Virus record (IMG/VR): IMGVR_UViG_3300009703_000016
Coordinates: 1,001 to 65,000 of that record
Strand: one strand, 5' to 3'
DNA from: a virus
DNA length: 64,000 bases
Shown: one piece after another, positions 10,101 to 20,400 of the stretch
How the letters are laid out: the number at the start of each line of letters is the position of its first letter
How positions within the stretch are numbered: position 1 is the first letter of the stretch
Notes under the pieces: generated by a model
Database searches by the model: none
What the model saw: only the letters and a program-made list of their open reading frames with translations
What the model was told of the DNA's origin: nothing
Program-made: the position numbers and the translations under genes

Positions 10101-13100
10101 GAATTCTGAGACTCAGGAACTCCTGCGCTTACAGGTATAGTATTCAAGGACTTCTGCCCTCTAAGTTCTTTTGTCTTACCAGAGTTAACACGAGTTACAG
10201 TTGCATTATTCACAGACCCAGTTGACTTAGGTGGCTTATTCATCTGTGACAAACCTGGTGAGTTAAACAGATCAGTAAGCCGAGAGCTTACGTTTTGTTT
10301 GTCTGAGGAATCTTCTAGGAACTTTCCGAAAGAGGATCCTACTTCTTTCAGATATGTTTCTTGAAACCAGTTCTTGTTGTGGTCAATTACATCATCTATA
10401 TATTGACTACTGTAATCTCGAATCTGAACTACCTGCTCTTCTGGTACAAAAGAGTTAAGTGAAAGATCAGCAGTTTCATTTATAAAATAGAAGTCAGGCT
10501 CAAGACGAAGACCCTGTGGGTATCCCTGTCCAAGGGAATCCTGTACAACATTTTGGACCTCTTGCATCGGCATGTCTTTATAGATATGACCATGGTGACT
10601 AGTTTCCATTTCGTCTAGGAGCTTCTTAGCCTCAGCAAACATATCAAACTCAATGATGTCTGTTTGCATTACTAGATCTGCAAGGTCACGTGCTCGTGGT
10701 ATCCACAAGCTAAAAGGTCCAGTTCCTCTTCTGAATATATCTGTAAGATCTCCGACTCTTTCTCCAGAGTCTAAAGCCTCTTCCAGGTCACGCAATTCAT
10801 TATCAAGATCTTCTATGTACTCATCAACAAAATCCTGTTGCTCATCACCTACAGACTGAGTAGCTAAATAACTAAGTAATCTACCCAATGGATGTCGAGC
10901 AATAATAGGAGTGGCACTTAAATCTTTAAACCCACCTAGCCAATCTTCTTCTCCAGCTGCTATAACTTTGTTTCTAAAGTCATCTTCTAGTCCTGCTTCT
11001 TTTAGAACCTTATCAAGGTTAACGAATTCTCCCTGTGCGTTTTGAACCCTAAGCGTACTAGCCCCTTCAGCAGATTGTCCACCTTGAGCGATAGCAGCTT
11101 TGTATTCTCTGATCCCATCGGCAGCTGCTTGAATTTTCTTATATCTATCTTCAGTTGTTTCTATGTTTTGTTCTAGCTTAGCGCGAATAACCTTACGTGC
11201 CTCACTTAGCCCACTCGTAAAGATGGCACTCTCTGTATCTACAGGATCAAGCAATCGCGCAGACAGAGATGCATTACCCAATGCTCCAGAACCTGCCCCT
11301 CCCCAGTTCCACATAACATTTGATAGACCTTCTACAGCAAGCACATCTTCATCACTCAGAGATGTGAGAACTAGTAAATTTCTAAAACCTTTAGAAATTT
11401 TATTAGGAGAATCCTTACGCTTAGCAAGTTGATCTCTTGAGACGTTTGCTACTGGTAATCCTTGTCCAAACTCAACAGCTCCTTGCTGTGCGTTTGCACC
11501 AGCACTGTTTGCAGTGATTTGATTATAAACAGGAATACCAATATTAAACCCTCTTCCGATAGTGGTACCAGAAGCAAAGTTCAACATGCTTTCTATCTCA
11601 GGTCTTAAGAATCCAGAAATTGTATCTTCTAGAAATTCTTTAGCACCTGGTTCTTGTGCCCCTTTTCCTGTAGGGATAAGATTTGCTCTTTCATGAACTG
11701 CGATGTTTCTCCAAATAGCATCCCATATAGCAATACGAACCTGCCCAAAACTAGTAGGCACAGCACGGAAAGCTTCCTCGTCTTCTGGGCGCACCCCTCT
11801 TTCAACGACATCTAAGCTGACAGAATATAGTCCAGGGTGATCAGGAACAGTATTCTCTACACTGTTTTCAATCAGAACTTCATTGATAGACATAAACTCA
11901 AATAGCTCATTCTTAACTTCTATATTTGTATAAGATTGTGGAATAAACTTTCCTAATTGAACATTGTTGTTGTGAATGTTTAAGAAGGTCACATATTCCT
12001 GAAGAGAGACATCGTCTAGAACCTTTAAGTTTAGGCTGAAACGTTTATCAGATGATCCAAGATACTGTGCTGTAGGATACTGATGACCAGTCATGGGCAA
12101 CATAGCTAGCATGTTACTGTGAGATGCAGCTATCTGTTCTATTATTAGCCCATCGTTTTCTGTTCCAAACTCTAGATCTACGCGACGGAAGTAAAGCTTA
12201 GAGGGCTTATCCTTTCCTATACTGTTTGATCCACCAAGTAAGTCAGCCGGAAATTCAAACCAAACATCTTTATTGCGAAAAATCTGAGATGAAACATCTA
12301 GTAGTTGCTTGTTCTGAGCAATAAGCTTATTAATATCTTTGTTCTCTCCAGTGGTTGTAACTTGTGCATTTTCTAAGATAGTTGCTGCTGACGATGCTTC
12401 TGCTAGTGCTCTAGAGATACCCCCAGCGTTAGTCACTGTTGGGTCTCCAGATCCTAGTCTGAAAACAATATCGCTTAGCCCGTCCAGGTTAAACCCACTC
12501 AAGTCTGCAGTATCAGTCTCTTCTGTATTAGCTCTAACGGCATCAGTCGTTCTAACAAAGTCATCTAGTAGATTACGAAAGCTATCGAATGCCTGTTTGT
12601 TAACATCTAGAGAGATATTATTTTCTTCAGCAAACTTCTCATCACCAGTGATTAAAAATTCAAACTGACTAAGTCTTAGTTTTGAATCATTAAAGGTCAT
12701 CTTAGAATGCTTACTTAACTGTGGTAAGTAGAACATCTGAAACGCAGCACCAGGTTGCTTATGTGGTAAGGAGATAAAAGGTAGATTCTTGAAGTGAAAG
12801 TTTTTCACATATGGCTTGTAGTTAAACCACGTAAAATTAAACCTAGCATTCAGTAAGCCTGGCTGACCAGGGACTGTGGTAACAGTTAGATTCTGTAGAG
12901 CCAGGGCCATGTTCTGACCACTATCATCCTTGCCTAATATAGAATTACGTAGGTGTTCATTCTCTACATAGCAGAAGGGAGTTAAAGAAAACTGTGCCAC
13001 TAGTCTGCGCAGCTTGTCATTTACACTTTGATTATCAGCAAAAAATACATCCAGAGAGACTGTTAGTCCAGCTTTACCAGACCTCATCTTCATAGAAGAG

Positions 13101-13219
13101 GGCGTACGGAGACCTTTCACTTCTCTAAGAGAGTTAACTTTATTAATAGAGATCTGCGAAGGTGGTATATCTAATACCACATCGTTAATTGTGAATGTGC
13201 TATCGTGTGAATCTGGCAC
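7178..13219 (-). CDS. Giant baseplate hub protein with an internal M23 peptidoglycan endopeptidase
   Basis: 2013 aa. M23 zinc motifs YHKGTD (HxxxD), YYHL and PHLHFEVR (HxH) at about 9630-9960. The C-terminal part resembles a gp27/hub (IKVEVRLGY, FQVRRVSHHF). The N-terminal part has tube/Dit-like beta segments. Confidence 0.75.
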   Translation of the reverse strand: MPDSHDSTFTINDVVLDIPPSQISINKVNSLREVKGLRTPSSMKMRSGKAGLTVSLDVFFADNQSVNDKLRRLVAQFSLTPFCYVENEHLRNSILGKDDSGQNMALALQNLTVTTVPGQPGLLNARFNFTWFNYKPYVKNFHFKNLPFISLPHKQPGAAFQMFYLPQLSKHSKMTFNDSKLRLSQFEFLITGDEKFAEENNISLDVNKQAFDSFRNLLDDFVRTTDAVRANTEETDTADLSGFNLDGLSDIVFRLGSGDPTVTNAGGISRALAEASSAATILENAQVTTTGENKDINKLIAQNKQLLDVSSQIFRNKDVWFEFPADLLGGSNSIGKDKPSKLYFRRVDLEFGTENDGLIIEQIAASHSNMLAMLPMTGHQYPTAQYLGSSDKRFSLNLKVLDDVSLQEYVTFLNIHNNNVQLGKFIPQSYTNIEVKNELFEFMSINEVLIENSVENTVPDHPGLYSVSLDVVERGVRPEDEEAFRAVPTSFGQVRIAIWDAIWRNIAVHERANLIPTGKGAQEPGAKEFLEDTISGFLRPEIESMLNFASGTTIGRGFNIGIPVYNQITANSAGANAQQGAVEFGQGLPVANVSRDQLAKRKDSPNKISKGFRNLLVLTSLSDEDVLAVEGLSNVMWNWGGAGSGALGNASLSARLLDPVDTESAIFTSGLSEARKVIRAKLEQNIETTEDRYKKIQAAADGIREYKAAIAQGGQSAEGASTLRVQNAQGEFVNLDKVLKEAGLEDDFRNKVIAAGEEDWLGGFKDLSATPIIARHPLGRLLSYLATQSVGDEQQDFVDEYIEDLDNELRDLEEALDSGERVGDLTDIFRRGTGPFSLWIPRARDLADLVMQTDIIEFDMFAEAKKLLDEMETSHHGHIYKDMPMQEVQNVVQDSLGQGYPQGLRLEPDFYFINETADLSLNSFVPEEQVVQIRDYSSQYIDDVIDHNKNWFQETYLKEVGSSFGKFLEDSSDKQNVSSRLTDLFNSPGLSQMNKPPKSTGSVNNATVTRVNSGKTKELRGQKSLNTIPVSAGVPESQNSMSKFADAKNYVVHVPNTIISANAKESLSSDAWIMPIEGNVFISSTPGERNVKNGSKYHKGTDIVLRPKGTVNGKPVFAAAEGEVIAKRTWGGTGFGTGNQVVIKTVSGGEIYHHKYYHLAAFTDDYAKGDIVKKGQLIGFVGNTGTKAPHLHFEVRRGASSGDIIWPFGSWLPRGPIKSRENDPIYDVSLISWGDTSHEITNVAGIAPTDRGNTILEESMKSMSRSWNKNAGYRMNRAYPGIYLAFIEEDSPREVLVFDAFFNYQSIVSCDIVRDREVAADYCKLVLTNISGVLSNKHFQGTLYENEALKRGELSTKNTNSNVRGTVKETQITSLMLREGIKVEVRLGYSDSPDNLTDVIVGRIVGVQWDETGDIVQVEIQSLATELVQDIKGLDKSVSFNSFLFNDANTGPLLENLIASPECVSFGLWERGNKINNENRGILSNRFQWNPRPQSDNIFAPSGEAMNAIDPGFVFDRITYRMYQSTIWDVFKEMELRHPEYIASPVPYSESNGSKKRMTMFFGLPDQLYHSRDPSLTENRRSATVKQNREEQKKSLLSTFRTGGKVLGAAQELLSNSAVTLDNRQELLSRLKQSFSNPSHTNILTGGSSEQEFKVEGRVSALVDAFIDAELAKDAIESGAIQPFRKYHLLTSDMHIVANNLKAKASNTFNAVTVQYEDISIFDKAANYATAGLANQISELVRDDLSIEIDDPETITMKLDPAIPDEFIRENFVIFPNCLGEAMAKNYCVSLLQKGVWQTYGGELIILGNPDIKPYDICYVNDAYTDMVGPFQVRRVSHHFSHETGFITVLTPDCVAYASEGTGLTQNQAMALMAEVFLRKTAGIDHKIITPGRTPLDGAQTTPGSYQLAAAAGNLINFFGGKRMLFRTQFDDPIHVVPMFKQGKPLVAGFGPIHLRKNFFSTKGFLREAKDAMTGLMEGVDSLTLQWDKGLLHETRGRLNGENVRQFKIRSDQ

Positions 13220-13238
13220 TAATCTGCCTCCTGTATGG

Positions 13239-16200
13239 TTAATCTATCATATCTGAAAGTGTATGCTGAGACAAAGAACGTCTACTGTCACGAATATTTA
13301 AGTCTAAACCACCTGGAAACCTAGAATTCAATCTTGAAGAAAGCTCTCTTCTCTGAGTTGCGTTTAGGTTTTGAGCATTTATACGCATACGCATGTCTCT
13401 TGACCTGTCAGACTGTGCCTCGTCTAGTACTATCTGACGATTAGAACGCATTCCAGAAGCAGAGGGATTGCCCAGTGCTTGCTGATCCAACTCAGGGATA
13501 GAAACATTATCTCTATTGCTACGACCTATTACTGCCTGATGTTCTGGCATTGAACCTACACGATCTACAGGGGCAGCAAGTTCTCCTGGTGAACCAGATA
13601 GCGCAAATGAAGCAAACCCTGCTGCTGCTAGCCCAGCCATAATAGGCTTAGCAAGAGGTTTAATGCGAGCTGTTACCTGTGCAGATGCTTTATTTATACT
13701 AGAAAGAGTTCGCTTTTGATATTCAGAAAAGGCTGATCGAACCTTATCTCCTGTCGCACTTGTTGCGCGTAGCATGTCAGGGAAGTTTCTACGGCTTGCC
13801 GTGGTTGACCTACCTGGTTTCATATACCTCTGTGCTTGCGCCAGTGTTATACCATCCATCTTACTAGTCTTAAAACCTTTAACAGCTTCAGCTATTGCTA
13901 CTGCAGTATTCTTTAAATCAAAACCCTTGATTGATTTGATTTGTTGACCGTGCATTTCAAATGGGCTGTCCAAGTCAAAACCAGACCCAAGGATTCCATC
14001 CCTGATAGTCTTATTCCGAGCACCCTTAGTCATATCTTGAACGGTATCTACAAGAAGATCGCTATCTCCTTGTACACCGGCCATGATAGATTTCATCTGA
14101 TCACCAAAAACACCAGAGGTTATCTGGCTTTCAGATAAGTGTTTTGCAGAAATAGGTTGTTGCTCCAACCATTCTAGTAGTCCGAGTGCTCTACTCTGTG
14201 CAATTGAGTTCATATCAGAGGCACCAACAGCAGCCCGAGCCTGGGCTAGGCTATTCGATACTTGTCCAACATACTCGTCTACTATACCAAGCTTGGTTCC
14301 TGCAGCTGCAATTTGCTGGCGACGACTTAGGACACCCAGCGCGTCCCCACCCTTCTCACCCTTCAGTAGCTGTGTTCTAATACTGTGCTGAGAATATGCT
14401 TCAAGTTGAGCATTAGCTCCTGCAAGCTGACTTCTAACCTTTTGCTCCATATCCTTATTGACTGCAACAGCCATGATAATATCTGCATCTTTGTCAGCAC
14501 CCATACCAGTTGCTATACCTTGCATGATTGGCTGAGGTTCTGCTACTCCAGGAAGATTTACCTTTAGAGTTTTCTCTGGCATATATATAACAGGTTCTGT
14601 TTCCTTAGACATTATCATCTGTACAGGTTGCATAGAGTGAGCACCAATGAAAGGGTGACGTGCAACAGCTGCCCCAACAGGCTTACCAGCTCTAAATCTT
14701 TCTAGCATTCCTTCGACATCTTGACCGTGAGCAGCCAACTCTTCAATCATCTCCACACCATATTTTTCTGGAACACCCATGACTGCAGATTCTTGTAGTC
14801 CCATAGACTTCAAAGAGTCATAGAAAGCTCCCTCACCTGACACTGCTGTTAGGAATCTAGAACCAAATACCTGTCCACGAGCTAATGCTCCCTGACCCTT
14901 GCCCGCAGGTGCATAAGCTTGAACAAGCTCTGGAAAGAATTTGCTCTCAAATTGAGCCATTTTTTCTGCAGGGCCAAGTGTTCGACTAGTTATAGTTCTT
15001 TCAATATCCCTAAACGTTTTCTGAAGAGGAGCAGTGGTAACCATATCCTCTCCAACTTTATAAGGTGCTAGTGCTGGTATATCTTTGTAACCTGGCATAT
15101 AAATAGATGGCATATCTGGTATGTGAGTTTCGATATACCCACCTGTTCTTCTTAGCTCTTGAAGCTCAGGCTTATCTAGCATAGATATGTTTTGACCTGT
15201 AGGAACGTTAGCGCCCTCTACCATCGATTCAAATGTTTTACGAAGTTCATTGTGGATAGCAAGTCTGTCAGGATCGGCAGCCATAACACGACCAACAAGC
15301 TCTGACCCCATTTCATTACCGAAGGCTCCACCTTGAGACTCTAGTAGATTTAGAATTCTAGGCTCTATAGTCCCAAGCTTACCTGCGCCAGTAAACTCTT
15401 TTGTTCCACCAAATTTTAAACGGGTAACACCCTCGACATTACCTGCATCTCCAAAGATTCTACTGAAGTCTTCAGAGCCTTCAGTGATCCCTATCAGACC
15501 AGCCATAGCTCTAAGCTCTTTGTTCATCTGTTCTGGAGATCCTGCAAGGTTTATCTCTGACATAAAACGAGAAGAGTTTCTTAACATAGTTTGTGCATCT
15601 GGAGAATTTAGAGACTTTGCATGTAACATTATTCCAGAGAACTGTTGCATAGCACGAAGAGCTGGGTCTTTTGCAGCTTTGATATCGCTAAAGCGTCCTA
15701 GAGCACCATAGGTTTCTAATTCATGAGGAGCCATTCCTAATGCCTGAGCAAGAGGTCTTGAATTAAAAGAACCAAACTTAGCCATGCCCTTAAGTCCACC
15801 AAAGACTTTTTCATACTTACCCATCTGAATAGTTTCTTCTAAGACTAGGTTGTACCCTGCAGTTCCAGTTCCCTTGATTGGAACCTCGGAGAAGCCTTTA
15901 ATCCTTGTTCCTTTTCGTGCGGTCAATAGCTCTCCAGAAACTGATCTTCCAAGTAGTACATCATCAGCAGTAGCTGAAGCACTAGCTAATAAGACATCAA
16001 TATTACCCTTACGCAAGCCTCGTAGTTGAGCACCTACTTGTGTATTTAACTCGTGTACTGCAACTCTACGAGTACGTGTTACTTCGAATTGGTTTTTAAA
16101 TTTTTCATTCACCAAAAGCTCACCATCGCCCACGGGGAAACCAAGACTCTCCAACTCTGCAAGCTGGGAGTCTGATAGGTAAAGAGTCTTTAGTCTAGCA

Positions 16201-17489
16201 CCTGAAGGCCCCTTAAACTGCTTTATAGCAGCAGGGCTATCTAGAAATTGAAAGTCTCGGAAGTCACCATTACGAATTGCGCTCTGTGCTTCCGCAGTGG
16301 GATTCAGTTGTCGTATAGATTGCCATGGCTTACGTGAGTAATCTAATAGGTTTGTAAACCCTGCATAAATCTGCGACGGAGCTAACATTTGAAAACGTCC
16401 AGCCTTACTAGTTGGAGTCAGTTTATCCCCATGTTTCTCCAAAACCTTCTGTGCAATATCTCCAGTTACCCTCTTCCCTGCTTCATTTACGATCGTTAAT
16501 CTCTGAGACTTAGCAATAGTTTCTAGTGAAAAACTTTCATCACCTAGGGATGGTTCCATGAAATCCATGAACTTACCCAGTTCTTTTGAACGTTCAGCAA
16601 GAGCTGCTTCTACAGAAACTCCACTACTCATTGCCTCTCTAGCTGTCTTTACTAACTCTGCAGATGAGAACTCTGTGAAAGTCATAGACTTTCCAAGGTT
16701 TCCACTTTCATCTACCAGAGAGAATAAGCCAGGAGCATATATGTTATGTAGTCCCTGACCAGTACGAATTAATCCCTTTTGAAGACCTTGAGGTCCAAAC
16801 GACTGGGGCAATGTGAATAGGTCATCCCCAGCACTAAAGATAAATTCTCCAGCGCCTTCTACTCCTCGAAATCTAGCAGTGACATTGTCTCCAAGAACCC
16901 CAGTAAGCTCACTAGCAACCCCAGTTACAAACTTATTAGAAAACCCTCGACCTTCATTTCTTAAATGCTCAGGTATAGAAAGTGTTCTTGTTAGATCCTG
17001 TAGTGTATCGAACTGTCCTGTTCTAGAAAGAGATTCTACATTAGATGCGAACCTTCTAAAGACATCTTGCATGTATACATTATTAGACTCCTGCAGTCTG
17101 CCTCTGATATCCTGAAGAGGTGCACTTCCACCTATGTTAAATCCTGTAGACATTCTAGAAGGAAGAACAGATTTTTTGGCTGCCTCCCACTCTCTAGATA
17201 TTGCCTTGTTCATTCCCGGAATAGAGGGGAAAGCTTGTAGTGCATTTTCTATTTTGTCTAACCTAGCTAGGGCAGCTTTCTTTTTAAGATTGCCAGATAT
17301 TAAATCTCTAGATGAGGTAACGTCTCTGATTGCACGTTGGGCTGCTGATTGTTTAGGTGTAATAGTTGGTGATATAGCAGGATGGTTAGCTTGGTTAAAA
17401 GCAGAAGAGAATCCGGCCACATGTGCTGCTCCACCAAAAGCAACCGTTGAGGCTGCCCATGATACCCAACCATTATTATCATCTTTCAT
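13239..17489 (-). CDS. Candidate single-chain two-barrel (beta/beta-prime-like) virion RNA polymerase
   Basis: Collinear motifs: GDGELLVNE, DDVLLGR, IQMGKYEKVFGGLKG, GKLGTIEPRILNLLESQG, GKGQGALARGQVFGSR, MGVPEKYGVEM, VARHP, GADKDAD (D999/D1001/D1003), EQQPISAKH. Confidence 0.75.
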   Translation of the reverse strand: MKDDNNGWVSWAASTVAFGGAAHVAGFSSAFNQANHPAISPTITPKQSAAQRAIRDVTSSRDLISGNLKKKAALARLDKIENALQAFPSIPGMNKAISREWEAAKKSVLPSRMSTGFNIGGSAPLQDIRGRLQESNNVYMQDVFRRFASNVESLSRTGQFDTLQDLTRTLSIPEHLRNEGRGFSNKFVTGVASELTGVLGDNVTARFRGVEGAGEFIFSAGDDLFTLPQSFGPQGLQKGLIRTGQGLHNIYAPGLFSLVDESGNLGKSMTFTEFSSAELVKTAREAMSSGVSVEAALAERSKELGKFMDFMEPSLGDESFSLETIAKSQRLTIVNEAGKRVTGDIAQKVLEKHGDKLTPTSKAGRFQMLAPSQIYAGFTNLLDYSRKPWQSIRQLNPTAEAQSAIRNGDFRDFQFLDSPAAIKQFKGPSGARLKTLYLSDSQLAELESLGFPVGDGELLVNEKFKNQFEVTRTRRVAVHELNTQVGAQLRGLRKGNIDVLLASASATADDVLLGRSVSGELLTARKGTRIKGFSEVPIKGTGTAGYNLVLEETIQMGKYEKVFGGLKGMAKFGSFNSRPLAQALGMAPHELETYGALGRFSDIKAAKDPALRAMQQFSGIMLHAKSLNSPDAQTMLRNSSRFMSEINLAGSPEQMNKELRAMAGLIGITEGSEDFSRIFGDAGNVEGVTRLKFGGTKEFTGAGKLGTIEPRILNLLESQGGAFGNEMGSELVGRVMAADPDRLAIHNELRKTFESMVEGANVPTGQNISMLDKPELQELRRTGGYIETHIPDMPSIYMPGYKDIPALAPYKVGEDMVTTAPLQKTFRDIERTITSRTLGPAEKMAQFESKFFPELVQAYAPAGKGQGALARGQVFGSRFLTAVSGEGAFYDSLKSMGLQESAVMGVPEKYGVEMIEELAAHGQDVEGMLERFRAGKPVGAAVARHPFIGAHSMQPVQMIMSKETEPVIYMPEKTLKVNLPGVAEPQPIMQGIATGMGADKDADIIMAVAVNKDMEQKVRSQLAGANAQLEAYSQHSIRTQLLKGEKGGDALGVLSRRQQIAAAGTKLGIVDEYVGQVSNSLAQARAAVGASDMNSIAQSRALGLLEWLEQQPISAKHLSESQITSGVFGDQMKSIMAGVQGDSDLLVDTVQDMTKGARNKTIRDGILGSGFDLDSPFEMHGQQIKSIKGFDLKNTAVAIAEAVKGFKTSKMDGITLAQAQRYMKPGRSTTASRRNFPDMLRATSATGDKVRSAFSEYQKRTLSSINKASAQVTARIKPLAKPIMAGLAAAGFASFALSGSPGELAAPVDRVGSMPEHQAVIGRSNRDNVSIPELDQQALGNPSASGMRSNRQIVLDEAQSDRSRDMRMRINAQNLNATQRRELSSRLNSRFPGGLDLNIRDSRRSLSQHTLSDMID

Positions 17490-20400
17490 TATGCTTCCAT
17501 CTCCTGAAGTACTTGTCTAACTTCATCTCTTCTATTCTCTGTTACCTCTAGAGTAATCTTATATGTATTATCATCGTTATCTGATTCTAATCCATAAACA
17601 TGGACCTGTCCTAGTATACCAAGATCTGCAAGTATTTGCTCAATCTCTGCCTGTACCTCAGAAGCTGATCGGGCATCCTGAGGAGTTTCCACTTCGACCA
17701 ACTCTTTAGTTGCATCATCTAGGAAATCACGATGTGCTGCTGCTCTGGCATCAGATTCCCACAGATCAAAGTCATGAATATCCAATCCAGCATTCTGAAC
17801 CACCTTCAACTTGATATCATCTAGATCCACAGCTGGATGCCAACCGACCCAGTCAGGACCTGGAAGGCCAACTTCTTTGGATACCTCAGACATTAATATT
17901 GTATCTCTAAACCAATCTGCATAAGTTTGATCTCTAGTAGCCTCTGCCTGGAAACGCTGCTGTAGATCAGGTGTCATTGGAAAACCCTCAGCCTCTTGTC
18001 TTTCGTATAGGGACGTTAATTCTTTTTGTGCCTGTGCCTGAAGATCATCAGGTATTAAACCCTGATCCATTTGTGTTTGTAACTCATCTGCATATAGCAT
18101 TTCCCACTGAGAGCGATAGATACGTTTCTCATTTTCTGGGATTAACTCCATGATCCTCTCTCTATCTTTTACATTCTTAGCTTTAGAGAATGCATTGAAG
18201 TAATCACGTGATGCACGAGGCATTGCTTTGTATATAGAGCCTAGGTTTCTAGAATATGGATTAACACCTATAAGGGTTTGACTAGCCATCTTTCTGTAAA
18301 TAGTAGAGGCGCTATCTAGACCCTCGTCTTCAGCCTGTTCAGCTAATCTTGTCTGTTTAGTGTATTCAAGAATGTCAAAGTAAGACTTCAGTTGTCGCTC
18401 TTGTTCTACTACATCAGGTATACTACCTGCGCCTACAAAATCAGCAGACTCTCTCATGAAGGGTAGAATGAAATTCTTTATAGGGTTATCCCATAGAGAG
18501 ATTTCAGATCCATATACCTGAGTTCTTTTATACTCCTCAATAGCAGACTGAAGATGCATGAACTTAGAAGCTGGAGCAAGAGGGGTTAAGGCTTCAAGTG
18601 GATTTTGTGCACCCTTGATCAGACCCTCCCAGTATCCCGTGATCGCTGAACTAGCAAGACTTTTCGAAGGCTGACGACTACTAATATTTTCATTGATAGT
18701 AGCTAGTAGATCTTGAGACTGAATAGCTCCTGAAGCACCAGGAAGTGTAATATCTTGATCGCCAGTTAAGACCTTATAGTCATAAAAACTTTTGTTCTTA
18801 TTCTTAACTTGCGCCATCTGCTCTTTAGCAGTGTTGTAGATTTGCACCTCTCTATCTGTCAATTCTCCTCTTCTAATAGAGGCGCTAACAGCTCGACCCA
18901 GGTTTGCAGTTCGACTAGTGTAGGGGGCGATGTCGGATAGTATTTTATATTTGAATACATCTGAATAGTCTTCGGGATCAACACCTTCAAGCTCAGCGAA
19001 TCTTGCTGCAAAGCCTGCGCCTGGGAGACGAAGTTCTCCCTCTTTTACCTTAGTAAATGGATCGCCGTGTTGGAAGTCAGGAGATCTTTCTCCTGCACCA
19101 GGTAACCAGTCAGGCATAGCATTGCGAATAGGATTGTATTCTGCAATCTGACGACGACGATGTGGATATAAACGACGGAAGAATTCTGTTGTTCCCAGTC
19201 CACCACCAATTTGTAAGTCCCAGTATTCACGTTCAGCACCATACATGCGGCGGGCTGACTGTAGTCTTTCTTCTTGGTCAAACCATTCATCATTACCAGT
19301 AATAGCTTTCTTAATAGAAGATAAACTAAAGCCAACTAGACCAGTTAGCTCTGTTAGTCTATAGGACTGTTCTCCAAGAACTTGCTTAAAGCTACCTGGT
19401 AATACAGGAGTTCCAAGAGGGGTATCTCCCCTGTCGGGACGCACTCCTGAACCAATTCTTTCCTGTAGGCGTAAGACAGTAGATGTGTCCTCTTCGAACT
19501 TGTTACTTCCTAGCCACTCTTTTGTATGCATAAGCTTTGTTGGCTTAACTAGTTGACCCAGGGTCGCAGCCATCATGGGTCCAATGATTGGTATGTCCTC
19601 AAAAGCTGCGCCTGTCACAGGATATGGTCTATCGTAGTAATGTTCTCGTTCGATATCATATGTAAAGTTTTCTAGCATCCACTGCTTAGCAGGCGAACGT
19701 TCCTCTGTTCCCATAGATTTCTCATAGGAATTCTGCAGCATTCTAGGATACCAATGTGGACGGAAGTACTGAATACGTGTTCCTTCGTATGGTGTTCTTC
19801 CAAACTCCCAGAACCTACCCTTCCTAACTGCTACCTCTTGTTCTCCAGAATATATTCTAGATAGCTCATCTTCAGTCTCTCCTGGAATAAGTGCACCAGG
19901 TAAGAATGGTAAAGCTAAAGCTGCACCAGCAACTGCACCCATAAAGCCAAATTGCTTAGCCTTGCCAAACGCACCGAGATAAGGAATCTTTTTCTGAAAC
20001 CTTCCACCTGTTAACTTATCAAAAGTCTTTGAAGCAAAAGCTTTAGACTCTTCACGAACAAGTGGGTCTGCTCTTGATAGGGCCTGAGAAAATGTTATAC
20101 CAGGAGACTCTTTCATTATCCTACGAGTCTGACTAAAGCGATCACCTATAGTAGATATGTAAGAACCTGTTAGTCCAGATAGAGCGCCAACAAGAGGCAG
20201 AGCTGCTAGCTTAGTTAATGAAGTAGAACCAGGAGCAAGCTCCTCTTGAGCTTGTTGATAAGATCTTAATCCAGGTACTGCATCGGCAATCCCAGCAGCT
20301 AATAGATTTGCTTTAATACCAGCAGTTGCTACGCCAGCAGTTATTCCCTCTCCAAGAATTGTTTCATCAAGAAGAGAAGATTCTCTAGTTGCCCAGTCAG

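Noticed and set aside
13239-17489. Calling the 1416-aa ORF simply a second tape measure protein
   Set aside because: Only its termini look tape-measure-like. The core has ordered RNAP motifs rather than helical repeats.
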